From: Terrimicrobiaceae bacterium
Lineage (GTDB): Bacteria > Verrucomicrobiota > Verrucomicrobiia > Chthoniobacterales > Terrimicrobiaceae
Direction: 5' to 3'
NCBI GenBank assembly: GCA_033763515.1
Contig: JANRKJ010000018.1
Span: forward strand, 67,379-131,378
Length of the DNA: 64,000 nt
Both the position numbers and the translations under genes were made by a program. This document shows positions 1 to 9,611 of this stretch, in pieces. The notes below the pieces were generated by a model. That model did not search any database, had not been told where the DNA came from, and saw nothing but the letters and a program-made list of their open reading frames with translations. Every line of letters begins with the position of its first letter. The stretch's first letter is position 1.

Positions 1-192
1 GAACCCGGAGAAACCCTGATCTTTGCATATATTGTCTATGAGTCCCGCGAGCACAGGGACTCCGTAAACGCAAAAGTCATGGCGGATCCTCGAATGAAAG
101 ATCTCTGCCCGGGCGACAACCCGGAAGCCAAGCCACCGTTTGACGTCGGACGCATGATGACCGGGGGATTCAGAGTCATCGTCCGGCGATGA
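1..192 (+). CDS. DUF1428-like small protein, C-terminal fragment (5' end outside window)
   Basis: Frame 1 is open from base 1 to TGA at 190-192 (EPGETLIFAYIVYESREHRDSVNAKVMADPRMKDL...GGFRVIVRR). This resembles the DUF1428 family as I remember it. The stop overlaps the next ATG (ATGA, 189-192). Confidence 0.55.
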   Translation, partial: EPGETLIFAYIVYESREHRDSVNAKVMADPRMKDLCPGDNPEAKPPFDVGRMMTGGFRVIVRR

Positions 193-1589
193 ATTCGCAT
201 AATGTCCGCTCCGAAGACACGACCACGGTGGAGGGCCTGAATCCTCCCACCGTGAGGGGGTATCAGCGGAGCCGATACCTGAGCGCCTCCCCTTCCGAGG
301 TCTACCATGCCCTCACGCAGCGGATACCGGAATGGTGGTCGTCGGACTTTGAGGGGGCCGCAGACCACTTGGGCGGAGAGTTCACCGTCCGATTCGGTTC
401 GACGTTCAAAACCTTTCGCATCACCAAAGCAGGCGACACGATGGAGGTGGATTGGCTTTGCGTCGCTCAACGCATCGTCATGCCGGAGGGCATGGCTCCG
501 TTGCGTAACGACGCCGAATGGGTCGGCCAGACCATGCGTTGGATTTTGCAGCCGAAGGGAGCGGAGACCCTGCTCATTTTCTTCCATGAAGGTCTCACTA
601 CCGAATCGGAGTGTTGGTCCATCTGTGAATCCGGCTGGGACCAAACGTTGCAAAGTCTCGCATTGTTGCTTGAAAGCGGAACAGGCCGGCCATTCCAAAG
701 TCTGGACGACGAACACCTTGCACGTGCCACGGCAAACCAGCAGCCAACAAACCAGCAGCCAACCTCGGAAAATTCTTTCGTTCATATCAAAGATGAGGTG
801 ATTCGCAAAATCGCACCCCGGATTGCCGACAGAAGCGAATGGCTCGGCGCCCGCATCCGCCTTCTTGAGCAGGAAAAGGAACTCACGCGTCAATACGATC
901 GTCTTTGTCAACTTCGCCGGGAGCTTCCATGGGTTCGCATCGAAAAGAACTATCTGTTTGAAGGCCCGAATCGAGTCATGACTCTTGGTGATCTCTTTGC
1001 CGACAAGCGCCAGTTGATCATTCAGCATTTCATGTTCGGCCCCGGCTGGAAGGAGGGTTGTGTCGGCTGCTCGTTCACCGCCGACCATGTCGACGCAGCC
1101 AATCTCCATCTCCAATACCATGATGTGAGCCTCGTCGTGGTATCTCGGGCGACTTGGCCGGAGATCGAACGCTTTCAGACACGAATGGGATGGAAGTTTC
1201 TCTGGGTCTCATCGTTCGGAAGCGAATTCAACTACGACTTCCATGTGTCGTTCACCCCGGAGCAACGGGCCTCGGGACAGGCATTTGTCAACTATCGCCA
1301 CCGTGACCCCGGCATTGATGAAATCGGCGGCCACAGCGTATTCTACAAAGACACCGACGGCAGCATCTACCACACTTACTCGACATTCAATCGCGGAGAC
1401 GAACGACTGATCGGAGCTTACAACTATCTCGACCTCACCCCTCTCGGACGCAACGAAAATGGTCCAAATCACGACTTAACGGACTGGGTCCGCCACCATG
1501 ACCGCTACGGCCACCGAGGGCGGCGCGTCGAGGAAAGTGGCCAGCATCACCCGGACGCCACATGCGTCTGCAGTGGCACGGACACATAG
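189..1589 (+). CDS. Fusion protein: SRPBCC/AHSA1 (START-like) N-domain + DUF899 thioredoxin-like C-domain
   Basis: 466-aa ORF. The N-terminal ~150 aa end in ...CESGWDQTLQSLALLLESG, typical of AHSA1/SRPBCC. A QQPTNQQPT linker follows. The C-terminal ~300 aa carry DUF899 hallmarks (FMFGPGWKEGCVGCSF, VVVSRA, GWKFLWVSS, SVFYKD). Confidence 0.75.
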   Translation: MNSHNVRSEDTTTVEGLNPPTVRGYQRSRYLSASPSEVYHALTQRIPEWWSSDFEGAADHLGGEFTVRFGSTFKTFRITKAGDTMEVDWLCVAQRIVMPEGMAPLRNDAEWVGQTMRWILQPKGAETLLIFFHEGLTTESECWSICESGWDQTLQSLALLLESGTGRPFQSLDDEHLARATANQQPTNQQPTSENSFVHIKDEVIRKIAPRIADRSEWLGARIRLLEQEKELTRQYDRLCQLRRELPWVRIEKNYLFEGPNRVMTLGDLFADKRQLIIQHFMFGPGWKEGCVGCSFTADHVDAANLHLQYHDVSLVVVSRATWPEIERFQTRMGWKFLWVSSFGSEFNYDFHVSFTPEQRASGQAFVNYRHRDPGIDEIGGHSVFYKDTDGSIYHTYSTFNRGDERLIGAYNYLDLTPLGRNENGPNHDLTDWVRHHDRYGHRGRRVEESGQHHPDATCVCSGTDT

Positions 1590-1664
1590 CGAAAGCGGCT
1601 TGATGCGGATGCCGCCAACGGCTCCCTTCGATGAACTGACCGAGGGTTCTCCAACCGCGCCCGC

Positions 1665-3464
1665 TCAGGCCGGCGATAACCAGCCCGGTGGCGGTGCCGT
1701 GAATGTCGTCCGCTCGCCGGTGACCGGATGGCGGATCGTCACCTGCCACGCGTGGAGACACAGGGGCGGGTCGTTGAGGCCGAGGGTCGCGGGGGGTGCG
1801 GCGAGGGATTGATTTGAGTAAAGCGGATCGCCGCAAACCGCCCAGCCGAGGTGACGGAGGTGAAGACGGATCTGGTTGGTTCGGCCGGTTCGTGGACGGG
1901 CCTCAAGAAATGCGGTGCCATCGGCCGCACGCTGAAGGACGCGAAACTCGGTGAGTGCCGGGAGACCCTGCGAGGAATCGATTTTGCGGGACCCGGAGGC
2001 TCCCGGCTCGGAGCCAATCCGGGCATCGCAGCAGAATTCGTCGGCAGCCGGATGGCCGTGCACACGGACGAGGTAGGTTTTTTCCACCTCGCCGGATTCG
2101 AACTGCGGCTGCAGGCGGGCAGCGAAGTGGCGGGTTCGAGTGACGAGGACGACGCCGGTCGTATTCGCATCCAGGCGATGGGCCGGCCGGGGCTTTTGCG
2201 GCGCGTAGGCGGCTTGAAGAAAATGCTGCAGGGTATTCCGGTGATAGCGCCCTCCCGGGTGCATCGGAAGCGGTGCCGGTTTGTTCAAAACGATGAGCGC
2301 TTCATCTTCGTGCAGGATGCGGATATTGGCATTCACGTCAGGCTCGACGGCTCCCTCCGTCACATGAAAATACCGCTCGCCGGCGCGGACCGTGTGGGTG
2401 GAGGCAACCGTCCGGCGCTCGGCATCCCAAATCCGTCCCTCCTCGCAAGCGGTCGTCCATTCTCCGGCGGAAATGTGCCGGACCACCTGCGCAAACATTT
2501 CCGGAACCGTCAACCCGTCGGCCGAGGCGGGGACGGTCACCGGGCGTTCATTCGTGCAGGGTTCGCGCCCGGGAAGCGGCGTGGAATGCCGACGGATCGC
2601 CTGCTCCCGGCGTGCAACGGTTTCGACCATTCGCTCCGCGGGCGTTCGGAAACAAAACGGGCAGGACTCCCCCGGCACATACCGCTCGTCGTTTTGTTCC
2701 TCCGCTGTGAGTGGTGACTGACAGCGGTAACACTGCGCAGAACGGGTTTCGTGGAGGCTGGGATCAACGCCCACCCGTTGGTCGAAGACAAAGCACTCTC
2801 CGTCATAGTGAGCGCCACCGCATTCTTCGAAGTATTTCAAAATACCGCCATCCAGTTGGAAAATTTCACGAAATCCCTCCCGCTCCATGAACGGTCCGGC
2901 CTTTTCGCAGCGGATCCCGCCGGTGCAAAACATGACAATCGGCCGCTCTTTCCATTCGTCCGGGAGTTTGCGCACGGCGGCGGGGAAATCGCGGAAATGG
3001 TCGATGCCGATCGGTTGCGCCCCGCGAAACGTGCCGAGTTTGACCTCATAGTCGTTCCGGGTGTCCAGCAGGAGAACGTCGCGGCCCTCGTCGAGCCATT
3101 GCTTGAGGGTTTTTGGAGGCAATTTGGGCGAGGTGACGGTGCCCGGAGCGATGCCTTCGACTCCAAAGGCAATGATCTCCTTTTTCAAACGAACCAGCAT
3201 TCGCGTGAACGGCTGGTGATCGGTGTGGCTGACCTTCGGCTCGAGCATTTCCAATCCCGGAATCGCACGCAAAAGGCCAAGAAGGCCATCGATGGAGGCT
3301 TCGTCGCCCGCAACAAAGAGATTGATTCCCTCGGGACTGAGCAGAATCGTTCCCTTCAACCCCGCCCCTCGACAATGGCGCAGCAGGACCTCCCGACGGT
3401 TCCGTAGGTCGTTGAGCGGCGCGAAGCGGTACGCCGCAATGTTTACGATCCGGGCGTCATTCAT
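1665..3464 (-). CDS. Fusion of TrhO/YceA-type rhodanese (tRNA U34 hydroxylase family) with RluA-family pseudouridine synthase
   Basis: 599-aa ORF. The N-half has the UPF0176/TrhO pattern ([18 protein letters not shown], rhodanese Cys loop [12 protein letters not shown], Cys ribbon CYRCQ...CPFCF). The C-half has RluA motifs ([13 protein letters not shown], catalytic [23 protein letters not shown]). Confidence 0.85.
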   Translation of the reverse strand: MNDARIVNIAAYRFAPLNDLRNRREVLLRHCRGAGLKGTILLSPEGINLFVAGDEASIDGLLGLLRAIPGLEMLEPKVSHTDHQPFTRMLVRLKKEIIAFGVEGIAPGTVTSPKLPPKTLKQWLDEGRDVLLLDTRNDYEVKLGTFRGAQPIGIDHFRDFPAAVRKLPDEWKERPIVMFCTGGIRCEKAGPFMEREGFREIFQLDGGILKYFEECGGAHYDGECFVFDQRVGVDPSLHETRSAQCYRCQSPLTAEEQNDERYVPGESCPFCFRTPAERMVETVARREQAIRRHSTPLPGREPCTNERPVTVPASADGLTVPEMFAQVVRHISAGEWTTACEEGRIWDAERRTVASTHTVRAGERYFHVTEGAVEPDVNANIRILHEDEALIVLNKPAPLPMHPGGRYHRNTLQHFLQAAYAPQKPRPAHRLDANTTGVVLVTRTRHFAARLQPQFESGEVEKTYLVRVHGHPAADEFCCDARIGSEPGASGSRKIDSSQGLPALTEFRVLQRAADGTAFLEARPRTGRTNQIRLHLRHLGWAVCGDPLYSNQSLAAPPATLGLNDPPLCLHAWQVTIRHPVTGERTTFTAPPPGWLSPA

Positions 3465-3593
3465 CAGCCAGGAACGCTAACCAAGGGAGGAAGCCGGAGC
3501 GAGAAGATTGCCGTTTTGCGATCGGCGTCAAATTCGGTCCACCCGGAGAACAGATGCAAATCCTTGCCGCATCGTTGCGGAGTGTTTTTGATA

Positions 3594-5726
3594 ATGTCGA
3601 TGTCATCCTCGCCTCTCTTCCGTGATCCGACCCTTCCTTTTGAGCAACGTATCGAAGACCTGATCGGGCAGCTTAGCCTGGTCGAAAAGTGCGCCCAACT
3701 GCGTTACGATGCACCCGCCATCGAGCGGCTGGGCATCCCGGCTTACAATTGGTGGAACGAATGTCTGCACGGCGTCGCGAGGAACGGTCGGGCAACTGTG
3801 TTTCCACAGGCCATTGGTCTGGCGTCATCGTGGGACCCCGAGTGGATCGAACACATTGCCGGTGTGATCTCCGACGAAGCGCGCGCGAAGCACCATGAGG
3901 CGATCCGGCACGGCAGCCATCAGCAATACCAGGGACTCACGTTCTGGACACCGAACATCAACATCTTCCGGGATCCCCGCTGGGGCCGGGGTCAGGAAAC
4001 ATGGGGCGAAGACCCGACACTGACCGGCGAAATGGGCGCGGCTTTTGTCCGAGGCCTCCAGGGAAATCATCCGAAGTATTTGAAAACGGCAGCCTGCGCC
4101 AAGCACTATGCGGTGCACAGCGGACCAGAGGAATTGCGCCACGAATTCAACGTCGAACCCTCACGGCGCGATTTGTGGGAAACGTATCTGCCTGCATTCG
4201 AGCGTCTCTGCCAGGAAGGTGTCGAGTCGTTCATGGGTGCATATAATGCCGTCTATGGTGAGCCATGCTGCGGGAGTCCGTTTTTGCTGCAAACCGTGCT
4301 CCGTGAAAAATGGGGATTCGAGGGACATGTGGTGTCCGACTGCTGGGCGGTCCGCGATTTCCACTCCGGGCACAACGTGACCAACACGCCGGAGGAGTCG
4401 GCAGCCCTGGCCGTGAAGAGTGGCTGCGACCTCAATTGTGGTGACGAGTATTGCCTCGGGTTGGAAGGCGCTGCCTTGCAGGAGCTCGTTTCCGAAGCCG
4501 AAATCGACACGGCATTGCGCCGGGTCTTTCGCGCGCGCTTCCGGCTCGGCCTTTTTGATCCGGAGGATGCGGTGCCATGGTCGAACACCCCGATGAGCCG
4601 GGTCGCGTGTCCGGAACACCGTGCACTTTCGTTCGAAGCCGCCGTGCGGTCTTTGGTCCTACTCAAAAACGATGGCGTTCTCCCGCTCGCTCCAGAAACG
4701 AACAACATCCTCCTCACGGGCCCGCTCGCGACCAGCGTCGAAGCCATGCTGGGGAACTATTTCGGACTCAGCGGATCAATTAGCACCGTGCTCGAAGGAT
4801 TCGCCGAACACCTCCCGGAAGGAACGCGAATCGACTATCGGAAAGGCTGCTTGATCGATCGTCCGCGGCCGAATCCTGCGAACTGGACTGCATTTGAAGC
4901 CGCCAAATCAGATGTCGTGATCTGCTGCCTCGGCCTCACGCCGGACCTGGAAGGCGAAGAAGGCGACGCGGTCGAAAGCCACTTCAAGGGCGATCGGCAA
5001 ACAATCGAACTACCCGAAAGCCAGCGGGTCTTCGCCGCCGAGATTGCCAAGACAATCCGCGATTCCGGTTCGAAAGCCAAAGTCGTCGTCGTTCTCTTTG
5101 GCGGCTCGGCGTTTGCCATTCCGGAATTGGTCGAGCAAGCCGATGCGATCCTCCATGCGTGGTATCCCGGGGAAGCCGGTGGCGAAGCGGTCGCCGCCGC
5201 AATCCTCGGGAAGGCATCGCCGGGCGGACGGCTCCCCATCACGTTTCCCCGGAGCACCGACTGCCTTCCGCCCTACACCGACTATTCCATGGCGGGCCGC
5301 ACGTATCGGTTCATGCGATCGGAGGACATTGTCTTTCCGTTTGGTTACGGCCTCAACTATGGTGAGTCGACCTGGTCCGATTTCGACGTTTCCGAAGAGG
5401 CCGGCACGTGCCGCGCAGCCGTGACCATTCACAACCCGGGAACCCGCGAGATCTCCGAAGTCGTTCAATGCTACCTGCGGCCGCCCGGCGAGGACGCCGT
5501 CCGTCTCGTGGCCTTCCAACGCGTGACCATTCCGGCAGGAAAAGCGGTCGACGTAAAAGTCTCAATTCCGACGTCGAAGTTCCTGACCGTCGGCGACGAC
5601 GGCGAACGGAGAATCCTGCCCGGCGATCACTCGCTGGTCATCGGGCCCCATGCCCCGGTCGAGGGATTTTCGACCGCAAAGTTCTTCCAAACCACCGTCA
5701 CGCCGCCGGCCGCGCCGGTCGACTGA
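3594..5726 (+). CDS. Glycoside hydrolase family 3 (beta-glucosidase/beta-xylosidase type), no signal peptide
   Basis: GH3 motifs are present: GIPAYNWWNECLHGV, FRDPRWGRGQETWGEDP, KHYAVHSGPE, and the nucleophile region GHVVSDCWAV. A C-terminal FnIII-like domain follows. The first in-frame ATG is at 3594; the ORF track begins at a TTG at 3516. Confidence 0.9.
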   Translation: MSMSSSPLFRDPTLPFEQRIEDLIGQLSLVEKCAQLRYDAPAIERLGIPAYNWWNECLHGVARNGRATVFPQAIGLASSWDPEWIEHIAGVISDEARAKHHEAIRHGSHQQYQGLTFWTPNINIFRDPRWGRGQETWGEDPTLTGEMGAAFVRGLQGNHPKYLKTAACAKHYAVHSGPEELRHEFNVEPSRRDLWETYLPAFERLCQEGVESFMGAYNAVYGEPCCGSPFLLQTVLREKWGFEGHVVSDCWAVRDFHSGHNVTNTPEESAALAVKSGCDLNCGDEYCLGLEGAALQELVSEAEIDTALRRVFRARFRLGLFDPEDAVPWSNTPMSRVACPEHRALSFEAAVRSLVLLKNDGVLPLAPETNNILLTGPLATSVEAMLGNYFGLSGSISTVLEGFAEHLPEGTRIDYRKGCLIDRPRPNPANWTAFEAAKSDVVICCLGLTPDLEGEEGDAVESHFKGDRQTIELPESQRVFAAEIAKTIRDSGSKAKVVVVLFGGSAFAIPELVEQADAILHAWYPGEAGGEAVAAAILGKASPGGRLPITFPRSTDCLPPYTDYSMAGRTYRFMRSEDIVFPFGYGLNYGESTWSDFDVSEEAGTCRAAVTIHNPGTREISEVVQCYLRPPGEDAVRLVAFQRVTIPAGKAVDVKVSIPTSKFLTVGDDGERRILPGDHSLVIGPHAPVEGFSTAKFFQTTVTPPAAPVD

Positions 5727-5741
5727 TCGCGGTCCGGTCCG

Positions 5742-6386
5742 TCACGAGCGGTCGGGAGAAACGACCGTGGTCCCCGGAGGAGGCACAAAGCGGAAATCGA
5801 CCGAACCCGCCGGGCCGATGCGCTCATTCGAGTAATCGGTTTCGGTTCGGTCGCCGCTTGGGCTTTCGATCAGACTCGACCGCAACGAAAGGTTCGCGTC
5901 GAGATCCAGTCGTGCCTCACGGACAAATCTCCGGATGGCGGAAGCGCGCGGCCGCAAGGTCAAACGCCACCCGTTTTGCGTTTGTTCGACCGTCACACGA
6001 AATGTCGCCCCCATGTCATGCAGTTGGAAGATTCGCGAGAGCGCAAGGAGCAGTTCGCCGGGACCGGACCGCTTGTCCAATCGGTAGTTCTCGGCCTGGG
6101 AGAACTCGGGATAATACATCCAAAGTTCGCGGCCGTCGCTTATCGCAAGGCTTCCGCTTTTCGTGCGACGAAAGAACTTGTCGGGCGCTTCGAAGGCGAT
6201 CGTTCCCTCCTCAACAACCGGATCCCGCATCATTGGGATCGATTTCCGCTCGACGAACTCCGCCTGAATCGTCCGCCCGGCGCGCTGTGCCGAAAGCCGC
6301 TCCAAAAGTTCCTTCGTTTCCTCCGAACTCAAGGGCTGAGCGAAGGAAGTCGATAGGACCGCGAGGCCCAACCAAAAGATTCTCAT
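5742..6386 (-). CDS. LolA-like outer-membrane lipoprotein carrier family protein (secreted)
   Basis: Signal peptide MRIFWLGLAVLSTSFAQP. Its size (~214 aa) and beta-rich composition fit the LolA-like fold. The ATG at 6384-6386 overlaps the upstream stop (ATGA). Confidence 0.6.
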   Translation of the reverse strand: MRIFWLGLAVLSTSFAQPLSSEETKELLERLSAQRAGRTIQAEFVERKSIPMMRDPVVEEGTIAFEAPDKFFRRTKSGSLAISDGRELWMYYPEFSQAENYRLDKRSGPGELLLALSRIFQLHDMGATFRVTVEQTQNGWRLTLRPRASAIRRFVREARLDLDANLSLRSSLIESPSGDRTETDYSNERIGPAGSVDFRFVPPPGTTVVSPDRS

Positions 6387-7282
6387 GATTGCAGCGGGAC
6401 AAATTGATACCATTGAAGCGGATCGGCGCGGAAGGCTTCGACCAGCGTGGCGGCCATCCGCCTCGTGGTCGCTTCAATTTCTTCATTTCGCGGTTTCGAC
6501 CGGTCGCACACAATCGGCGTACCGCCTCGAATCGCATAGCGTCCCGCCGGTGTCCTCCACGCGGTGACGGGAATGATCGCGCAGCCGGTCATCCAGGAGA
6601 GAATCGCCGGCGACATGGAAAACGCGATGCTCCCTCCGGGCAAGGCGACATCAAGCGAGCGGCCGCCGACCGGCCGGTCGACCAGCATGGCTGTCAGACG
6701 ACCGTCCTCCAAAGCCTGGTTCACCCGCAGCGAGGAGAACGAATCCGCTCCAAGTTCGATCGTTTCCGCGCCCCAACGGCGACGAAAGTCCGCCCGCCAG
6801 CGGGTCAGTTCCGGACTCGGCTCGGCATAGGTCACAACCGAAACCGGCAGGCCCATATGGCCGAGAACCAAGGCTCCAAATTCAAAAAATCCAAAGTGCC
6901 CGGTCACCAGGATGGCCCCGCGGCCATTCTCCATCGCGCCACGAATGTTTTCGATCCCGCCATCCAGATCGGCCATGGCAAAGCCGTCACCGGGCGCACG
7001 CGATCCCATCCAAAGATAATCCGCCAGCGTGAGCCCGTAAGTTTCGAACATCCTCGCCGCCTCTTTTCGAGAGAACGGCCGATTCTCCAAAATCTCCAGA
7101 TTGCGCCGGATCACGTCGACGATGCCGGGATTCGTGGCGGCATAAAACCGGCCCGCCGTGCGTCCAATCAGCCCGCTACCCTTTCGTCCAAGCCGCTCAG
7201 CCGCCCGGCTGAGAAACTCGAAGGCACCGGCCGTGTAGCCGATGCGATAGAACGAACGTTCCCGATGGTCATTCCCGGGCAT
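6383..7282 (-). CDS. LpxL/HtrB-type (lipid A biosynthesis-like) lysophospholipid acyltransferase
   Basis: 299 aa. The layout is that of the Lip_A_acyltrans family, with GRGAILVTGHFGFFE (an HX4D/E-type catalytic region) and LVDRP further on. It starts 3 nt after the deacetylase stop. Confidence 0.7.
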   Translation of the reverse strand: MPGNDHRERSFYRIGYTAGAFEFLSRAAERLGRKGSGLIGRTAGRFYAATNPGIVDVIRRNLEILENRPFSRKEAARMFETYGLTLADYLWMGSRAPGDGFAMADLDGGIENIRGAMENGRGAILVTGHFGFFEFGALVLGHMGLPVSVVTYAEPSPELTRWRADFRRRWGAETIELGADSFSSLRVNQALEDGRLTAMLVDRPVGGRSLDVALPGGSIAFSMSPAILSWMTGCAIIPVTAWRTPAGRYAIRGGTPIVCDRSKPRNEEIEATTRRMAATLVEAFRADPLQWYQFVPLQS

Positions 7283-7285
7283 CGA

Positions 7286-8044
7286 TCAAACCACGGTCGC
7301 CGGACCCGGCAGCACGCACCGATATCCACTCTCCGCCAAACGTGGCAGCAAATGCTCAAGGACAGCAACCGGCTCGCGGCCCCGGCCCTCATGCAGCAGC
7401 AGGATCGCACCCGGACGCACACGCGCCATGAGGCGCTCCGCCACCTCCGCCGGCTCGCGCCCCGGAAGCCCGTCGCCGCCGGACGCCGACCATCCGGCAA
7501 TCCGCAGCCACGATCGCGCGGCAATCGGGTGGACGCTCGAATTCGTCAATCCCGCCGGCGAACGAAACCATCGAGCGTCACGTCCGGTCGCGACACGGAT
7601 CGCATGCGAACACCGGACGATCTCAGACCTCACCGCGCAGGGCGGTGCTGCCCAGAATGCGCCGGCGAAGTGGTTGTAGGTGTGATTCTCAAGCGAGTGT
7701 CCCGCTTCGACGATGCGTCGCGCCAAAGCCCGTGCCCAATCCACTTTCCGCCCGACGACAAAAAACGACGCGCGGGCTCCATGGCGTTCCAATTGCTCGA
7801 GCACCCCGGGTGTCTGAGATGGTTCGGGGCCATCGTCGATCGTCAGCCAGACTTCGCGTTCCTGGGTTTCAAAGCCGGTCGCGACCGGGCCATACCAATC
7901 CCCATTCCGAACCAACGTCGGGCCAATTCGCAGGATCTCATGCACGGTCCACGCAAAAGCCCGAGCCCGTCCGCGCAGAAGGATGGCGGCCCCGAGCGCC
8001 ACCGTGCGGGCGGCGAAAAGACGACGGCGTTTGGTCAGCGGCAT
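7286..8044 (-). CDS. NodB-homology polysaccharide deacetylase (carbohydrate esterase 4 type)
   Basis: All NodB motifs are present: TIDDGP, HSLENHTYNH, RWFRSPAG, ILLLHEG. The start MPLTKRRR (ATG 8042-8044) is followed by a hydrophobic segment. The longer 462-aa ORF upstream part is Arg/Gly-rich and lies antisense to the GT2 gene. Confidence 0.85.
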   Translation of the reverse strand: MPLTKRRRLFAARTVALGAAILLRGRARAFAWTVHEILRIGPTLVRNGDWYGPVATGFETQEREVWLTIDDGPEPSQTPGVLEQLERHGARASFFVVGRKVDWARALARRIVEAGHSLENHTYNHFAGAFWAAPPCAVRSEIVRCSHAIRVATGRDARWFRSPAGLTNSSVHPIAARSWLRIAGWSASGGDGLPGREPAEVAERLMARVRPGAILLLHEGRGREPVAVLEHLLPRLAESGYRCVLPGPATVV

Positions 8045-8781
8045 GGGAGTCGAAGCAACCGGGGGATACGGAGGAACATGCCAAAAAACAAGCCCACATG
8101 CACCCGCGCCAGGAGCAGGTTGTCTCGAACATATCGAAAGTGCGTGACGCCCCCCTCGCCGTGATCGGGATAAACCACCGGGGCTTCGAGGTTGCACGTT
8201 GGCACGCCCAGCCAGGCCAGTCGCACCGCGAGAACCGTGTCGAAATCGAACCGCCGGGCGCCACGCGTCGATTGGAGGATGCTCAATGACGGTCGGATCG
8301 GGTAAACCCGAAATCCAAAAAGCGAATCCCGCGCTCCTCTTCCCAACGTTTCGATCGTCGCCAGCGTGTTCCCGACGAGGCGTCCTTTGACACGCTCGAC
8401 TGGCGCGTCGGGTCCGAAAACCGGCACCCCCGCGATCAGCCAACCCGGATTCTCCCGGGATGCCTCCATGAACGGACGAACCCGCTCGACCGGATGTTGC
8501 CCGTCGGCGTCCATCACCAATGCATGATCGTACCCGCATCGTTGGGCTTCGTCGAACGCGTGCAAAATGGCCGCTCCCTTGCCGCCGTTTCGTGACAACC
8601 GGAGAACCCGCAGTCCATGGCCATCCTCCAACCCGCGGTCGCTTCCATCGGTGCTCCCATCGACGACCACCCAAACCGGCGACCAGACCGTGCGGACCGC
8701 TTCAACGGTTTTTCGGAGCTGCGCGCCACTGTTGTAGCTCGGGAGGATGACGAGCCGTTGACCGTCCGGGCGATCGTTCAA
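8035..8781 (-). CDS. Family 2 glycosyltransferase (DPM1/ArnC/GtrB-like, polyprenyl-phosphate or lipid acceptor type)
   Basis: Motifs LVILPSYNSG, VVVDGSTDGS, VMDADGQH (DXD), plus a C-terminal hydrophobic helix. The start is uncertain. A TTG at 8779-8781 overlaps the upstream stop (TTGA). The alternative ATG at 8841 would overlap the upstream gene by 64 nt. Confidence 0.8.
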   Translation of the reverse strand: MNDRPDGQRLVILPSYNSGAQLRKTVEAVRTVWSPVWVVVDGSTDGSDRGLEDGHGLRVLRLSRNGGKGAAILHAFDEAQRCGYDHALVMDADGQHPVERVRPFMEASRENPGWLIAGVPVFGPDAPVERVKGRLVGNTLATIETLGRGARDSLFGFRVYPIRPSLSILQSTRGARRFDFDTVLAVRLAWLGVPTCNLEAPVVYPDHGEGGVTHFRYVRDNLLLARVHVGLFFGMFLRIPRLLRLPCR

Positions 8782-9611
8782 ACGGAGGGATCCTTGATGC
8801 GAATATCGACGCCCGAATTCTCCAAACGCCCCCGGAACCACGTCTCCAGTCTCCGGGTAAACGCACGGGCCGATTCGCCGGGACCGGGAACAAATCGTTC
8901 ACCGAGCCGGATGGAATAACGCAGCGGAAGCTCGAACGGCTCGAACAGCGAGACGCCGCGCGAAAGACCGTTACCGATTCGCTCGATGAGCACCGTCTGA
9001 ACCGGCGCTCCTGTGTTGACCGCCACCAGGCCGAAGCCCTGCTTGAACGGGCTCACCGGTTGGCAACCCGTTCGGGTGCCCTCGGGAAAGATCAGCAGAT
9101 TGCCCCCGGAACGAATCCGTTCCATCGACTGGCGCACCATCGCCGGTCCGCTGTCATTCGTCACGTAGCCGGCAATCAGCGCGCCTCCGCACAGCACCGG
9201 ACTCCGCAAAAGACCGGCCCGCATCACGCAGGTGGCGCGGAGCGGAGTGGACAGCAAAAAGACGGCGTCCAGAAGCCCCGGGTGATTTGCCGCAACGATC
9301 AAACCTTTCTCGCCGCTGAGTGCGTCCAAACCGCGAACGTCGAGGACGAGCGCACCCGTCGCCCGCATCCAGCCGACAAAAAATCGGAAAAGTCCTCCCA
9401 ACAGGCGCTGACCAGAAGCGGGATGGATCCGCCGGCCGAACAGTTTCCAAAAGACCCAGCACGCCGGCGAAAAGACCGCTCCAATCCCGAAGAACACAGC
9501 GATCGCCACGATTTGGCGGACATAATTCAGCGGCCGGAACGCAGGACGGACAGACCGCCTTGCCACGGGAATCGATTCGACAAAACGATGGCCTGCTCCG
9601 AGGGACGACAT
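8778..9611 (-). CDS. PlsC-family 1-acyl-sn-glycerol-3-phosphate acyltransferase-like protein
   Basis: Motifs NHPGLLD (HX4D) and FPEGTRTG, with an N-terminal TM helix IVAIAVFFGIGAVF. The start is taken at MSSLGAG (ATG 9609-9611). The ORF stays open to 9731. Confidence 0.8.
   Translation of the reverse strand: MSSLGAGHRFVESIPVARRSVRPAFRPLNYVRQIVAIAVFFGIGAVFSPACWVFWKLFGRRIHPASGQRLLGGLFRFFVGWMRATGALVLDVRGLDALSGEKGLIVAANHPGLLDAVFLLSTPLRATCVMRAGLLRSPVLCGGALIAGYVTNDSGPAMVRQSMERIRSGGNLLIFPEGTRTGCQPVSPFKQGFGLVAVNTGAPVQTVLIERIGNGLSRGVSLFEPFELPLRYSIRLGERFVPGPGESARAFTRRLETWFRGRLENSGVDIRIKDPSV

Noticed and set aside
724-765. Tandem 15-nt repeat (aaccagcagccaaca x2)
   Set aside because: It encodes the QQPTN-QQPT interdomain linker of the SRPBCC-DUF899 fusion. 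It is a two-copy in-frame micro-duplication, not a regulatory repeat or VNTR array.
6389-8164. 591-aa plus-strand ORF spanning the lipid operon
   Set aside because: It lies antisense to three motif-supported genes (LpxL-like, NodB deacetylase, GT2). Its translation is extremely Arg/Pro/Gly/His-rich with no recognisable motif, which is typical of spurious open frames in high-GC DNA.
8045-8674. Upstream extension of the deacetylase ORF (462-aa version)
   Set aside because: It overlaps the GT2 gene in another frame and is Arg/Gly-rich. The NodB domain with a plausible N-terminal anchor starts at the ATG at 8042-8044.
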